This document shows, piece after piece, positions 45,965 to 56,051 of a stretch of DNA of 64,000 nt. The position numbers were made by a program, and so were the translations under genes. The notes beneath the pieces are model-generated. The model searched no databases, was not told the DNA's origin, and worked only from the letters and a program-made list of their open reading frames with translations. Origin of the DNA: Planctomycetota bacterium (GTDB lineage Bacteria; Planctomycetota; Phycisphaerae; UBA1845); the NCBI GenBank assembly GCA_024280855.1, contig JAJRPG010000058.1:27504-91503 (forward strand). Direction: 5' to 3'. Position 1 is the first letter of the stretch. Every line of letters begins with the position of its first letter.

Positions 45965-47383
45965 ATGAAGATGATCGCTCGACAGAAACTTTGGCTCACG
46001 ATTGTTGTAGTGACGAATCTGGTTCTCTGGATTGTGCCAAGCGACGTCGTCGAGCAGATTGTGCGTGATCGGCCTACGCTGTTGGGGCGATATTCGAGGA
46101 CGCACTTCTATTGGATCATCGGGATGGCTATGTTTTCCGTGGTGACGCTGTATATCGATTGGTCGATCGGCGCGGAGTACAAGCGGCGATGGTTTCGGGT
46201 ATTAGCGAGTTTGATGATTCTGACTCCGTCCATGTTGTTTGTGGATTTCATGTTACGCACGCCACAGACTGGGCACTATATTAAGGACGAACTAGCTTAC
46301 CATCGTCAGCCTAATATCAGTGTGTCTGTTGAGTTTGAAGATCGTCCTAAAGCGGCGCTGACGTATCCGAATGCGCCGCAGGGGTATGCTTCTATCCCGT
46401 GTACATTAACAACAGACACGCGGGGCTATCGAAACACTACCGATTTGGATCAGTATGATGTGATTGCATTGGGCGATTCGTTTGCGGAAGGTTCGGGCGT
46501 TTCCGACGAGCATCCCTGGCCCGTTCGGTTGGCTGAGAAGACGGGGCTTTCGGTCTATAATCTTGGCATGTCGGGCTATGATCCGTTGCACTATCTGGCG
46601 TCTTTGAAACGATACGGTAAAGACCTTAAGCCGGAATATGTAGTCTGTATGGTCTACGAAGGTAACGACTTTCGGTCGGCTAAGACGGACCGTAAACGGA
46701 TGAAGCCTTCGATTTCGAAACGTGTCGAGGCGTATTTTAAGCAGTCACCTTTAAGGCGGGCTATTGATGGTTTGCTAATCGGTACGTTCGGGTCGGTAGG
46801 CTCTAGTGCCTCTGTGAATGGTATTGATGTGATCGATTGGCTGCCGCTTCGTATTCCGGCTGGGGAAATCGGTAAGGCCTATGCGTTTGCGCCCAAGCAA
46901 TTACGGGATTTATATGAGAGTCGTGAGGCGTTTGAGGTGGATAAGCATTGGCTAAACCCGCGTGGCCAGATTTTACAAATTAATACATTGTGTCAGGAAA
47001 TTGGCGCGAAACTGATTGTAGTTTTTGCCCCAACGAAAGCTCATGTTATGCTTCCGCTAGTCGGGAATAATTTGCCTGCGGAAAAGGTTAGAGCTTTTAC
47101 AAGCATGAGTGTGAAGAAAGAATTGCCGCGTTCGGATGTGTTGCTTAGAAATATATTGGCTCGTACAGAGTCGCGTGAAAAAGTTATGGGTGATTTTTGT
47201 CGTAGTGAATCCATCGATTTTATAGGGTTAACAGCTTACTTGCGGCAAACGACACTTGAAGGAATACAAGTTTACTTTACTTACGACCAACATTGGACGC
47301 CGGTTGGACACATTGAAGCCGCCGGTGCCATAGCGATGTCGTTTGAGAAAAATGAAATTGCACAACTAAACATTTCTAATTAG
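45965..47383 (+). CDS. membrane-anchored SGNH/DHHW-type (AlgJ/AlgX-N-like) putative O-acetyltransferase
   Basis: 472 aa. N-terminal TM helices, then GDSFAEG, EGNDF and YDQHWT. AGGAGG RBS. Confidence 0.5.
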   Translation: MKMIARQKLWLTIVVVTNLVLWIVPSDVVEQIVRDRPTLLGRYSRTHFYWIIGMAMFSVVTLYIDWSIGAEYKRRWFRVLASLMILTPSMLFVDFMLRTPQTGHYIKDELAYHRQPNISVSVEFEDRPKAALTYPNAPQGYASIPCTLTTDTRGYRNTTDLDQYDVIALGDSFAEGSGVSDEHPWPVRLAEKTGLSVYNLGMSGYDPLHYLASLKRYGKDLKPEYVVCMVYEGNDFRSAKTDRKRMKPSISKRVEAYFKQSPLRRAIDGLLIGTFGSVGSSASVNGIDVIDWLPLRIPAGEIGKAYAFAPKQLRDLYESREAFEVDKHWLNPRGQILQINTLCQEIGAKLIVVFAPTKAHVMLPLVGNNLPAEKVRAFTSMSVKKELPRSDVLLRNILARTESREKVMGDFCRSESIDFIGLTAYLRQTTLEGIQVYFTYDQHWTPVGHIEAAGAIAMSFEKNEIAQLNISN

Positions 47384-47766
47384 CAGCGCAGGCAGATGTT
47401 ATCATATTGAGAGGATAATTTGTGTCACATTCAGGGCACTGGGCGATATTTCCTAGGGGTATGCCCTTTGTTGGGGCGATGGGGGATTTTGTCAATCTGA
47501 CTAATTTTCAAAGCCGTTTTCGCTGAGTGCCAAACAGTCTGTCACCGTACAAGAAATTCTTCTAAACATTACTCACACTGCGAAGCGGCACTTGACGAAA
47601 ACAAATATATGTACACATTGGGTTGTATATTTGATGCAGCAGGAGAACTGATACGTTCGCGTCAGTTTCTCTGTTAAGTAGTACATGTTTTGTCATTTTG
47701 GGGGGCGTAACGATTACACGTTGCCATACGCCTGTGTCTAGCTTAAACGTGTTGATTGAGAATTAA

Positions 47767-48462
47767 ATGTGCATGTCAAATCAACCTACAAGGGTTTTGA
47801 TCATTGATGATCATCCATTGATCCGTGAATCGCTCGCGCACTTGTTGGGGCAGCATTCTGATTTTGAAGTTGTTGCCTCTCTTGATAGAGCTGACGAGGT
47901 TTGCGCCGTTGTTAGGGAAAAGCTGATTGATCTAGTCATTTGTGATTTGATTATGCCAGGTACGGATAGCTTTCAAGCTATGCGTATGGTTAGGAAGAGC
48001 GAACCGCACGTTAAAATTGCTTTCTTTTCGGCATATTCGCGCGACAAGCAAATTGATCAAGCCTTGTCAGTTGGCGCTCTCGGTTTCATTAGTAAGAGTG
48101 AGAATCCACAGTCGTTGATTGAAGGATTGAGGCGGATTGTATCGGGGCATACTTATTTTTCTCCAGAAATACGCGAAAGGGTTCTTTCGTATGAGTCAAG
48201 CTCGCGGGCGGGGACGTCGTCTTCGTTGCTGTCACAACTGACGAAACGTGAGTTGGAAATTCTTTCATATGTAGCTAGAGGCATGCCAAATTGCGAGATC
48301 GCATCGGTGAGTCACATTAGCCCTAAGACGGTGGAGAATCATTGTACGAGTATCATGCGCAAGCTGAATATTCACTATCGTGCGGAGCTGGCGCTATACG
48401 GCGCCCGTGAGGGTTTGGGGGCGGGGGAATTGGGGCTATCCCAAACTGACCTTATTGATTGA
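47767..48462 (+). CDS. NarL/LuxR-family response regulator
   Basis: 231 aa. REC domain (VLIIDDHPLIRE) plus a LuxR HTH (LTKRELEILSYVARGMPNCEIA). Confidence 0.85.
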   Translation: MCMSNQPTRVLIIDDHPLIRESLAHLLGQHSDFEVVASLDRADEVCAVVREKLIDLVICDLIMPGTDSFQAMRMVRKSEPHVKIAFFSAYSRDKQIDQALSVGALGFISKSENPQSLIEGLRRIVSGHTYFSPEIRERVLSYESSSRAGTSSSLLSQLTKRELEILSYVARGMPNCEIASVSHISPKTVENHCTSIMRKLNIHYRAELALYGAREGLGAGELGLSQTDLID

Positions 48463-48731
48463 TGGTTATAGATTGTCCGCGCCTTTTCATGTCGTAGTTT
48501 TGTAGCAAACGAAATTAGTCGTCACTCCAATCGAGCAAGAAATACGCAGAAAAACGTGATTAAATAACCAAAACCTCTCATATTCAAGTGGTTGTTCAAT
48601 TTCTGCCTCGAAACCAGCTAAGTCTTCTCAAACTTGTTCAAGATTTTGCGAGCAATAATTCAGCGGTTTTGCTACAATATGTGCTATGTCTGCGGGGCGT
48701 AGAGGGCAAGAATTAGAAGGGAGCGGGGGGC

Positions 48732-49694
48732 GTGCGTTTATCCTGGAATAATTATCATCTATATGTTGTCGTTGCAGTACTCATTGTTGCGGAAGCTGGT
48801 GTATGCTTAGCCGGTGACTCGTTGACGCTTGAGCTTGTACCAATTTCTGCCAGCTCAGGCGCTGCGGCGATTTCTGGGAATAGTATCACCGTGAATAACG
48901 GCGGCATTACGATAGAGTTGGCACTTTATGTTTCTGGTTGGGGTGCAGTGGGTGATGGTAATGTGATAAATGTTACGGCGAAGGTGGATGGATTCAGCTA
49001 TTGTGGCGGTGCTGGCCAGCCTATTGCACCTCTTGGATATCCAGCGAATCCGTTACGAGACTGCGCGATGAATGCGGGGTTGGGATGTCCATCGGATGGC
49101 GATATGTGTGACTTAGGGGCGTTTTTGCCGGACAAAACGTGTTCGATAAATCAACGGGTTTGTTCGGTCTCGCTGCCGTGTGATAGTGCTACCGAAGGCG
49201 TTTGTGTTGATAATCCTGATTTTATTTTTTCGGGTATGAACCCAACAACAGCTCTTCAGTACGGTGGATTGGATTACATTTTTTCAACGTTTATCTCAAG
49301 GGTGGATGGGCCGATTGATGTTGGGCAGTCGGCGCTATTTGGTACACTCATAATCAGCGTTCCTTTGGATGCTGACGGTACATATTCTATCGATTTTGAC
49401 ACGGGAATTGATAATGCACCTTTCTCATCATTGACGGGTATCTTTGATGGTCTGTTTGTGTTTCATCCATTTGAAATGATTATTCCTGCGAAAATTATAG
49501 TTGGGGTGGCGACGGGCGGTAACGGCGATTTTAATGGTGATCGGCGTGTCGATTTGTTAGATGCGCAACGTTTTCAGCGGTGCTACACTTCGTCGGATGT
49601 CAATTTTGAATCGGGGTGTCAAGCAGGTGACATTGACAATGATGGCGATATTGATTTGGGTGACTACGTCGAATTTGTTGAGCTGATTCAATAA
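48732..49694 (+). CDS. secreted protein with possible cohesin-like body and dockerin-like EF-hand tail
   Basis: 320 aa. GTG start after a GGGAG RBS, then a signal peptide. C-terminus reads DFNGDRRVDLLD...GDIDNDGDIDLGD. Confidence 0.5.
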   Translation: MRLSWNNYHLYVVVAVLIVAEAGVCLAGDSLTLELVPISASSGAAAISGNSITVNNGGITIELALYVSGWGAVGDGNVINVTAKVDGFSYCGGAGQPIAPLGYPANPLRDCAMNAGLGCPSDGDMCDLGAFLPDKTCSINQRVCSVSLPCDSATEGVCVDNPDFIFSGMNPTTALQYGGLDYIFSTFISRVDGPIDVGQSALFGTLIISVPLDADGTYSIDFDTGIDNAPFSSLTGIFDGLFVFHPFEMIIPAKIIVGVATGGNGDFNGDRRVDLLDAQRFQRCYTSSDVNFESGCQAGDIDNDGDIDLGDYVEFVELIQ

Positions 49695-49732
49695 AGCTAT
49701 AAATGCAAGTTGCGCGGGCTAATTGGCGTGCG

Positions 49733-51337
49733 CTATGGTCCGGTTATTAGTGGTCGGAATATGCCAAAATCTTCCAGTGTGATCGTATCTGATTCGTCTA
49801 AATCGAAAATACAAAGACAATTTGTTGACGGTGGGTTGTCACTCATGCAGGTGTAGAATTTGGCTACGTCGTTGAGGTCTATCAACGTGTCATTGTTAAA
49901 ATCGCCTGGCGTAAGTGGTAAGAATTCATAGGCTCCGAGATCGACATTGTTGCCGAGTATGCGTGGCTGAGTATTTAGGGCCAATTCGTTTGGCAGGGCG
50001 ATGAAGGCGGGGTTGCCGGTATCGATGGCTGGCGAATTACAGGCTACTTGGTAATTGTTATCATCAAAAGTCATCGGGTCGTCGTCTGGTCCATCTGCGT
50101 CAAGGAATTGTGGGTCTATGTCGAGGTTGCCTACGCCGCCTACGAACCCGCCTTGCACGATGGTGTAATTGACGACCGGATTATTCGTGCCTCCGAAGGC
50201 ATTGGTTAGATTATCCCAAAATATACTGTTTTCGATGGTCGATTGGCTGGCATCTTCGTCTATCACGGAGCCGAAATCTGCTGTATTTCCTACAAAGGTG
50301 CTATTTGTGATTTGCGGCATACTATTTACGAAGTTCATGATGGCGCCGCCGATGCGTCGAGCGGAGTTGCCCACGAAAAGGCAACTACGCACGGTAGGGT
50401 TACAGGACATATCGTTGGCTATAGCACCTCCCTCACTTGCGCGGTTTTCCCTGAAAATGCAGTTGGTAATCGTTGGCGAGCAGTCGCCAAGATTTGCGAT
50501 ACCGCCCCCGGAAGAGGCTCCTACATTTTGCTCGAATAAACAATTTGTAAATGTAGGGCTGCTGAAATTTTCATTGCACACCGCGCCGCCAAAATTTCCG
50601 GGGTTATCGAAAAAGATACAATCTCGTATAATCGGGCTGGCTTCATAGTTGTACATGCCTGCACCATCGTTAGAGCTATTGCCTTGGAACAGGCAGCCAG
50701 TGATAATCGGTTGACTACCCGTATCGTTACACATGCCCCCTCCGCGAACGCCCGAGTTGTTGCGTAGTTCACAGTTTGTAATGGTGGGGCTTGCGTTTCG
50801 ATTGAAGATGCCGCCTCCGAAAGTAGAGGCGATATTGCCAATGAAAATACAGTTTAATACCGTGGGCGAGCTGCCAATGTTTAACATACCGCCGCCGGAT
50901 AATCCAACGGATACATCTCCAGTCCCGCCGGTGATGGTGAAGCCATCTAATATGGTCGCAGCCGTTTCTGAAGTGACGCATTTGACCACGCTGTCCATGA
51001 GTCCAGTCGCGTCGATGGTGGTTACATCTTTTCCATCGGCGCTGCGAAGGGTGATTGGTTTTCCGAGAAAATTGATTTTCTCCGGGTAAGTCCCGGCTGC
51101 GACGATTATTTCATCGCCAGCGATGGCGTCGTCAATGGCAGATTGGATGGTTGGGTATGATGCCGAGGGGACTTGAAGCGTGGCGGCGGACGCCGCAGCT
51201 GTTAATAGTAGGGTTAGCCATACTGTGCAAAGCTGGCTGGTAGATATTATTCGCCGGTTGGACAAATCTTCGCGCAACTCACCCTTGGGTTGTCGTAGTG
51301 AGTAACTACCTCGTTTTGGATTACAGAATATTACCAT
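49733..51337 (-). CDS. right-handed beta-helix protein with PMP-like GGxIxN repeats and dockerin-like tail
   Basis: 534 aa. Repeats GGGIFN, GGGMCN, GAGMYN, GGAVCN, GGGIAN, GGAIAN and GGAIMN. C-terminus reads GDFNNDTLIDLND...FDLDESDTITLED. Confidence 0.6.
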   Translation of the reverse strand: MVIFCNPKRGSYSLRQPKGELREDLSNRRIISTSQLCTVWLTLLLTAAASAATLQVPSASYPTIQSAIDDAIAGDEIIVAAGTYPEKINFLGKPITLRSADGKDVTTIDATGLMDSVVKCVTSETAATILDGFTITGGTGDVSVGLSGGGMLNIGSSPTVLNCIFIGNIASTFGGGIFNRNASPTITNCELRNNSGVRGGGMCNDTGSQPIITGCLFQGNSSNDGAGMYNYEASPIIRDCIFFDNPGNFGGAVCNENFSSPTFTNCLFEQNVGASSGGGIANLGDCSPTITNCIFRENRASEGGAIANDMSCNPTVRSCLFVGNSARRIGGAIMNFVNSMPQITNSTFVGNTADFGSVIDEDASQSTIENSIFWDNLTNAFGGTNNPVVNYTIVQGGFVGGVGNLDIDPQFLDADGPDDDPMTFDDNNYQVACNSPAIDTGNPAFIALPNELALNTQPRILGNNVDLGAYEFLPLTPGDFNNDTLIDLNDVAKFYTCMSDNPPSTNCLCIFDLDESDTITLEDFGIFRPLITGP

Positions 51338-51375
51338 TCGTTTATTACGCCTGCCTCGATAACTCTTACGTTACC

Positions 51376-51393
51376 GCACAATGTTTATTGTGC
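51376..51393. promoter_or_regulatory. perfect 7-4-7 palindrome upstream of the beta-helix gene
   Basis: gcacaat-gttt-attgtgc, 39 nt upstream of the ATG at 51337. Confidence 0.4.
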
Positions 51394-51441
51394 CCCCCGC
51401 GAGGTCTTGTTACAAGCGGTTATGAAAACGCTTGTCGATAG

Positions 51442-51470
51442 ATTGTTTACTTGTTAATCAAGAAAGTCAA
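51442..51470 (-). promoter_or_regulatory. candidate sigma-70 promoter of the beta-helix gene
   Basis: The minus strand reads TTGACT-17 nt-AACAAT. Confidence 0.3.
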
Positions 51471-51595
51471 TGCAACAGTTTTATGTTACCGGGCTTGTCA
51501 TGTCATGAGTGTGGTTCATATGCTTAGCTTGCGTCTGGATATTATTGGCCTTGTGCAGTGTCTGGCTCGGTTTCCAGGGGTAATTTATTGGTGAA

Positions 51596-52978
51596 TTACT
51601 CCGCAAGGGGTATCTGGATGCGTAGGGTGGCTCCTTGGTTGGGGGAGGCGTCAACTAAAATTTCACCGCCATGAGACACGACTGCGTCTTTCACTACGGA
51701 TAGTCCGATGCCGGTTCCGGTGGTCGTGGTGGTGAAGAATAAGTCGAACACTTGTTTATGGACGTGTTGATCGATCCCTGGGCCTGTGTCTGCGATGACG
51801 ACTTCGACGCCTAGTGGTCGATGATCGTTTATGATGAAAGTGACATTTACGACGCATCCTTCATGAGTGTGTTCGGCTGCGTTGGAGAAAATTTCTATAA
51901 ACGCTCTGACCATACGCTCGCGGTCGCCACGGACCATGAGTGGTTTATCGGGGGAGGCTATTTTGACGGTGATGTTTGCGACTTTGAGTACTTCGTATAT
52001 TTCGTTATAGGCTTGGGTGATGGCTTCGGGGAAATCGTAGGTGTGGATGACATCGCTAGCGCCGCGAGCGAAGTCGAGCAATCGTGTCAGGCGGTGGTTT
52101 AACCTGCGACATTCTTCGACTATGTCGGTGAGTCTGGGCGTTATGTCGTCTTTGGTTTTTTGCATCGAGAGGCCTAGTTGAGCGGAAGTCATGATGGCTG
52201 CGAGGGGGTTGCGTATGCCGTGGGCTACGCCGGTGCATAATTGTCCAACCGTGGCGAGCCTTTCGTGGCGCGCAGATTGAGCGGTGCGTTGGTCGGCCAT
52301 CATCAAATCGTGCATAGTATGAAGCTTTCGGCCATACCAAAATACGCCCAGCAGTATGACGATGACCACGAGCAATAGGGATGATTGTACGTTGCCGTAG
52401 AATGCGAGGCGGAGTCCATATTCAGCTAAGATGCTATCGATTCTCATCAGCGCATGCTGTTCTATTTCAGTCAGGCTGGTAAGCGCTTCGGCTAGGTGAT
52501 TGTCCATTGAAGCCATGGTGGCTGCGGCGTGTGCTTGTGCGATGACCGTATTTTTGGTGCGCGTAAGCAATAATTCGGAAAAAACTTTTTGAGCTTGTTC
52601 TGATAGGTCAGTAATGAACTTTTGCGTTTCGGTCAGGTCGATGCCGGTACTTTGTGCCGTGCGCATGAGAGAGGGAAGTCGATCCCGCGCCAGTTCAAAT
52701 CGCTGAATTTCTACTTCGGCCTGCTGAGAAGCAAACACGTCGTTACCGGGTGCATTAAGATCGACGACGCCTAATCTAAGGGCGGCGACACTTCGTAATT
52801 GGGCGTGTATTTTCCCAAACTTGCGCAGGGCAAGGTCGTAGGAGTTGAGCGTTTGGTCGTGAAGGAGAAGGCTGGCGAAGATGACCAGCAAGTCAAACGC
52901 GGCGAGGATGAAATAGTAATGATACCATTTCCAGCGAATGTTTCGTGTTGTGCTGGCCTTCATGTCAGGGCTGGTCAC
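51596..52978 (-). CDS. sensor histidine kinase
   Basis: 460 aa. TM helices, H-box HGIRNPLAAI, and an HATPase region with the G-box GTGIGL. Confidence 0.85.
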   Translation of the reverse strand: MTSPDMKASTTRNIRWKWYHYYFILAAFDLLVIFASLLLHDQTLNSYDLALRKFGKIHAQLRSVAALRLGVVDLNAPGNDVFASQQAEVEIQRFELARDRLPSLMRTAQSTGIDLTETQKFITDLSEQAQKVFSELLLTRTKNTVIAQAHAAATMASMDNHLAEALTSLTEIEQHALMRIDSILAEYGLRLAFYGNVQSSLLLVVIVILLGVFWYGRKLHTMHDLMMADQRTAQSARHERLATVGQLCTGVAHGIRNPLAAIMTSAQLGLSMQKTKDDITPRLTDIVEECRRLNHRLTRLLDFARGASDVIHTYDFPEAITQAYNEIYEVLKVANITVKIASPDKPLMVRGDRERMVRAFIEIFSNAAEHTHEGCVVNVTFIINDHRPLGVEVVIADTGPGIDQHVHKQVFDLFFTTTTTGTGIGLSVVKDAVVSHGGEILVDASPNQGATLRIQIPLAE

Positions 52979-53251
52979 TGGCGATCTCCCGATGATGATG
53001 CGCGGTGCATCCTGCGAAGTTCTGTTTGGACGATGTCGCTTATGATTGTATCATATCTCCCCAGGCTCGTTGTTAGTACGACTGAAAATATTTGCCGCGC
53101 AAGTAAATAACGTATTTCGACTATTGGCTGATCGTTCTGTAACGATCTGAAACGGGTCTTTCTTGAGAGGTTTCCTTGAGATCATGACGCAAAAGTAACG
53201 ATAACACGATATAATACAGGAAAGCAGGGTGAGAGTAGAGGCGCAGACGCT

Positions 53252-54682
53252 ATGGCTACTATTTTAATTATTGAGGATGAAGAGGTTCTTGCACGGAACA
53301 TGCGAGATTCACTTGCCTTGGCGGGGCATGTGGCTATGTGCGTGGGGACTGGTGAGGAAGGGGTTGCTCTGGTGGAGGCCGATCCGCCGGACGTGGTGAT
53401 AGTAGATTATCGATTGCCAGGGATAAATGGATTGGAAGTCCTTACGGCTATTCGTAAATCCGTTCCGCGAACCAGGTCGATTATGGTGACGGCGCATGGT
53501 GACGTGACTATGGCAGTGCAAGCGATGAAGGCAGGGGCTGCGGAGTTTTTGCCTAAGCCCCTCGACTTAGATACGTTGCATCTCATCGTCGATCGAGTCG
53601 TCAGTCAGCAACATGTGGCTGATGATCTAAATTATTTTCGTACTAGAGATTTAGAACAGGTACAGAGTGAGCCTATTATTGGTGAATCGTCTGTGATGCT
53701 AAAAGTTAAGGAGCGGATTATACGCCTGACGAGTACGTCTGCTTTGTCAGTGGAGAATCCGCCAACGATATTGATAACTGGTGAGACGGGGACGGGGAAG
53801 GGTCTCATAGCCCGAGCGATTCACTATAACGGGCCGCGTCGGGAAGGTAAGTTTATTCATGTGAACTGCACAGCCATTGCCGACCACTTGGCTGAGTCGG
53901 AGTTTTTCGGGCACGTGAAAGGTGCGTTTACGGACGCGCGAAAAGAAAAACGAGGCCTGTTCGAGTTGGCTGATAAGGGCACGATATTTCTCGATGAAAT
54001 TGGCCATATGCCGATGTCGCTGCAATCCAAGTTGCTTGGGGTTCTCGAAGAACGCACGATTCGGCCGGTAGGCGGTACGCGCGATCGCCACCTGGATGTG
54101 CATGTCATGGCTGCGACGAATCGAGTTATGGAGGAGGCTATTGAGTCCGGTAGTTTTCGCCAGGATTTGTTTCATCGTTTGCAGGTCTTGCGAATAGAAA
54201 TTCCTCCCTTGCGCGAACGAGATAACGATATCGAAATGTTAGCACGACATTTTTTGCAGCATTGTTCGCAGCGATATGGGCTGAATATCCACGATTTCAG
54301 TGCGCCGGCTATGGAAGCTCTGTTGGCCCACGATTGGCCTGGAAACGTGCGAGAACTTCAACACGCTATCGAAAGTGCCGCGCTGATCTCTGATTCGCGC
54401 GAGTTGATGCTGGAGCATTTTTCATGGCCTAGCACGCCGTCGTCTGGCGGTGTGACGGTTGCGTGTCAGCCTCAGGAGCAGACTATTACGATCGACTTTG
54501 CGAATTCGCCGCCGCTGTTGAGTGAAGTGGAGTATAAAATTATTCGGGCGGCCCTCGATTATGCCAATCATAATTTGAGCCGTGCGTCTCGTTTGCTGGG
54601 CATTTCTCGCGATGCTATTCGGTATCGGCTTGAACGATATGAAAAGGAATCCTCGAACGCGCCGCCGCTTGAAGATGAATAG
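53252..54682 (+). CDS. sigma-54-dependent response regulator (NtrC family)
   Basis: 476 aa. REC domain, then an AAA+ domain (GETGTGKG, ESEFFGH, GAFTDA), then a C-terminal HTH. Confidence 0.9.
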   Translation: MATILIIEDEEVLARNMRDSLALAGHVAMCVGTGEEGVALVEADPPDVVIVDYRLPGINGLEVLTAIRKSVPRTRSIMVTAHGDVTMAVQAMKAGAAEFLPKPLDLDTLHLIVDRVVSQQHVADDLNYFRTRDLEQVQSEPIIGESSVMLKVKERIIRLTSTSALSVENPPTILITGETGTGKGLIARAIHYNGPRREGKFIHVNCTAIADHLAESEFFGHVKGAFTDARKEKRGLFELADKGTIFLDEIGHMPMSLQSKLLGVLEERTIRPVGGTRDRHLDVHVMAATNRVMEEAIESGSFRQDLFHRLQVLRIEIPPLRERDNDIEMLARHFLQHCSQRYGLNIHDFSAPAMEALLAHDWPGNVRELQHAIESAALISDSRELMLEHFSWPSTPSSGGVTVACQPQEQTITIDFANSPPLLSEVEYKIIRAALDYANHNLSRASRLLGISRDAIRYRLERYEKESSNAPPLEDE

Positions 54683-54690
54683 AATTTATT

Positions 54691-56040
54691 CTAATCAATA
54701 TAGCCCAGGTCTCGGAGTCGTTGAACAATGTCGTTGTTGACTGTTACTTGAATAGGCTTGTTCTGGTCGTATTGAGGCGTACATGCCGACCACCAATCAT
54801 CTAGTTTTTTAATCATTTCGTGTAATTTGGGTTGAGCATTGGTTTGGTCAGCTAGGTTGGTGGCACCTTGGGGGTCGATGTTTAGATTGAAAAGTTTTAT
54901 CGATTCAGGTGATTGTTGCGCAAGAAGCGTCGCCCGTGGTGAGCTGTTGATATTTTCGTGTTCATCTGCGGTTAGCTGATAACTCCGGACGATTTTCCAT
55001 TCTTTATCCCAGAGCGATTGCTCATATCGCCGGCCTACTAATAGCTCTGCGCATACTGGTTCGCGCGGTGGAGATTGTTGGAACAAATTTCCCCGTGACC
55101 AAGGGCAGGCGACGTCAGCTATGTCGAGCAAGGTGGGTGTGAGTTCGGCTAGGCTTACAGGTTGCGAAATTTGATTCCCCATGTTGTGTTGCGGTGAGGA
55201 TATGACAAGCGGGACGTGCGTGAGAACTTGACTAAGGTCTTGTCCATGGCCTATGGACCCATGCTCGTTGAGTTCTTCGCCGTGGTCTGCGGTGACGACG
55301 ATGGTGGCTTCGTCGAGCATGCCGACTTCGTCAAGCATCGCGCGTACCAGCTTAATTTTCCCATCGAGGCGTCGAATCGCGCCGTCGTACATATCAACCA
55401 TATCCGTAAGTTCGCTGGCTGATAATACTTTGCCTCCTTTTGTCATTTCTCGCCGCAGTTTTCCATAGTCCTTCGCGCTAAAGTCGCGATAGCAGTTCGT
55501 GTCGCGGTCGCCGCCGAACTGTTTCATGTGGCGTCGGCGCGGGCGATAAGGCCAATGGGCTTCAAGGAAATGCAAATAAGCGAACGTGGGGCGATTTGAC
55601 TCTGTCTTTAGCCAAGCCTCGAATTGGGCAAGTAGCTTGTCTACCTTGCCGCCGTTTGGAACGTAGGTGTCGAACCCGCGATTGATATTGGTGTATTCGC
55701 CTAGTTGGGCGTTGTTGAGAAAAGCGCCGCAGCGCCAACCTGCGTTGGTCAGTGCTTCGGCGAGCGTGGGGGTGGATGTCATCAGCGCATCTGTTTTAGT
55801 GTCGATATCGTTGCGGCGACTTTTCACGCCTTTGAACACGCCATGCGCAGAAGGATAGAGTCCGGTGAGTAGAGACGAGACCGAAGGTTTAGTCCACGAC
55901 GAGGGGCTATAGGCGTGCGTCCATCGCGTGCCATGTTTAGCTAAGGCGTCTATGGTTGGTGTCGTGGGCCTGGCATATCCGTAGGCGCTGACGTGGTCCG
56001 CACGAACACAATCCAATACGATAAGTATAATGCTACGCAA
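54691..56040 (-). CDS. sulfatase-fold (alkaline phosphatase superfamily) enzyme with Thr at the nucleophile position
   Basis: 449 aa with a TTG start. Contains LDCVRADH. SSWTKPSVSSLLTG aligns to the sulfatase signature CxPSRxxLLTG. Confidence 0.75.
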   Translation of the reverse strand: MRSIILIVLDCVRADHVSAYGYARPTTPTIDALAKHGTRWTHAYSPSSWTKPSVSSLLTGLYPSAHGVFKGVKSRRNDIDTKTDALMTSTPTLAEALTNAGWRCGAFLNNAQLGEYTNINRGFDTYVPNGGKVDKLLAQFEAWLKTESNRPTFAYLHFLEAHWPYRPRRRHMKQFGGDRDTNCYRDFSAKDYGKLRREMTKGGKVLSASELTDMVDMYDGAIRRLDGKIKLVRAMLDEVGMLDEATIVVTADHGEELNEHGSIGHGQDLSQVLTHVPLVISSPQHNMGNQISQPVSLAELTPTLLDIADVACPWSRGNLFQQSPPREPVCAELLVGRRYEQSLWDKEWKIVRSYQLTADEHENINSSPRATLLAQQSPESIKLFNLNIDPQGATNLADQTNAQPKLHEMIKKLDDWWSACTPQYDQNKPIQVTVNNDIVQRLRDLGYID

Positions 56041-56051
56041 TGGCTAATCCT

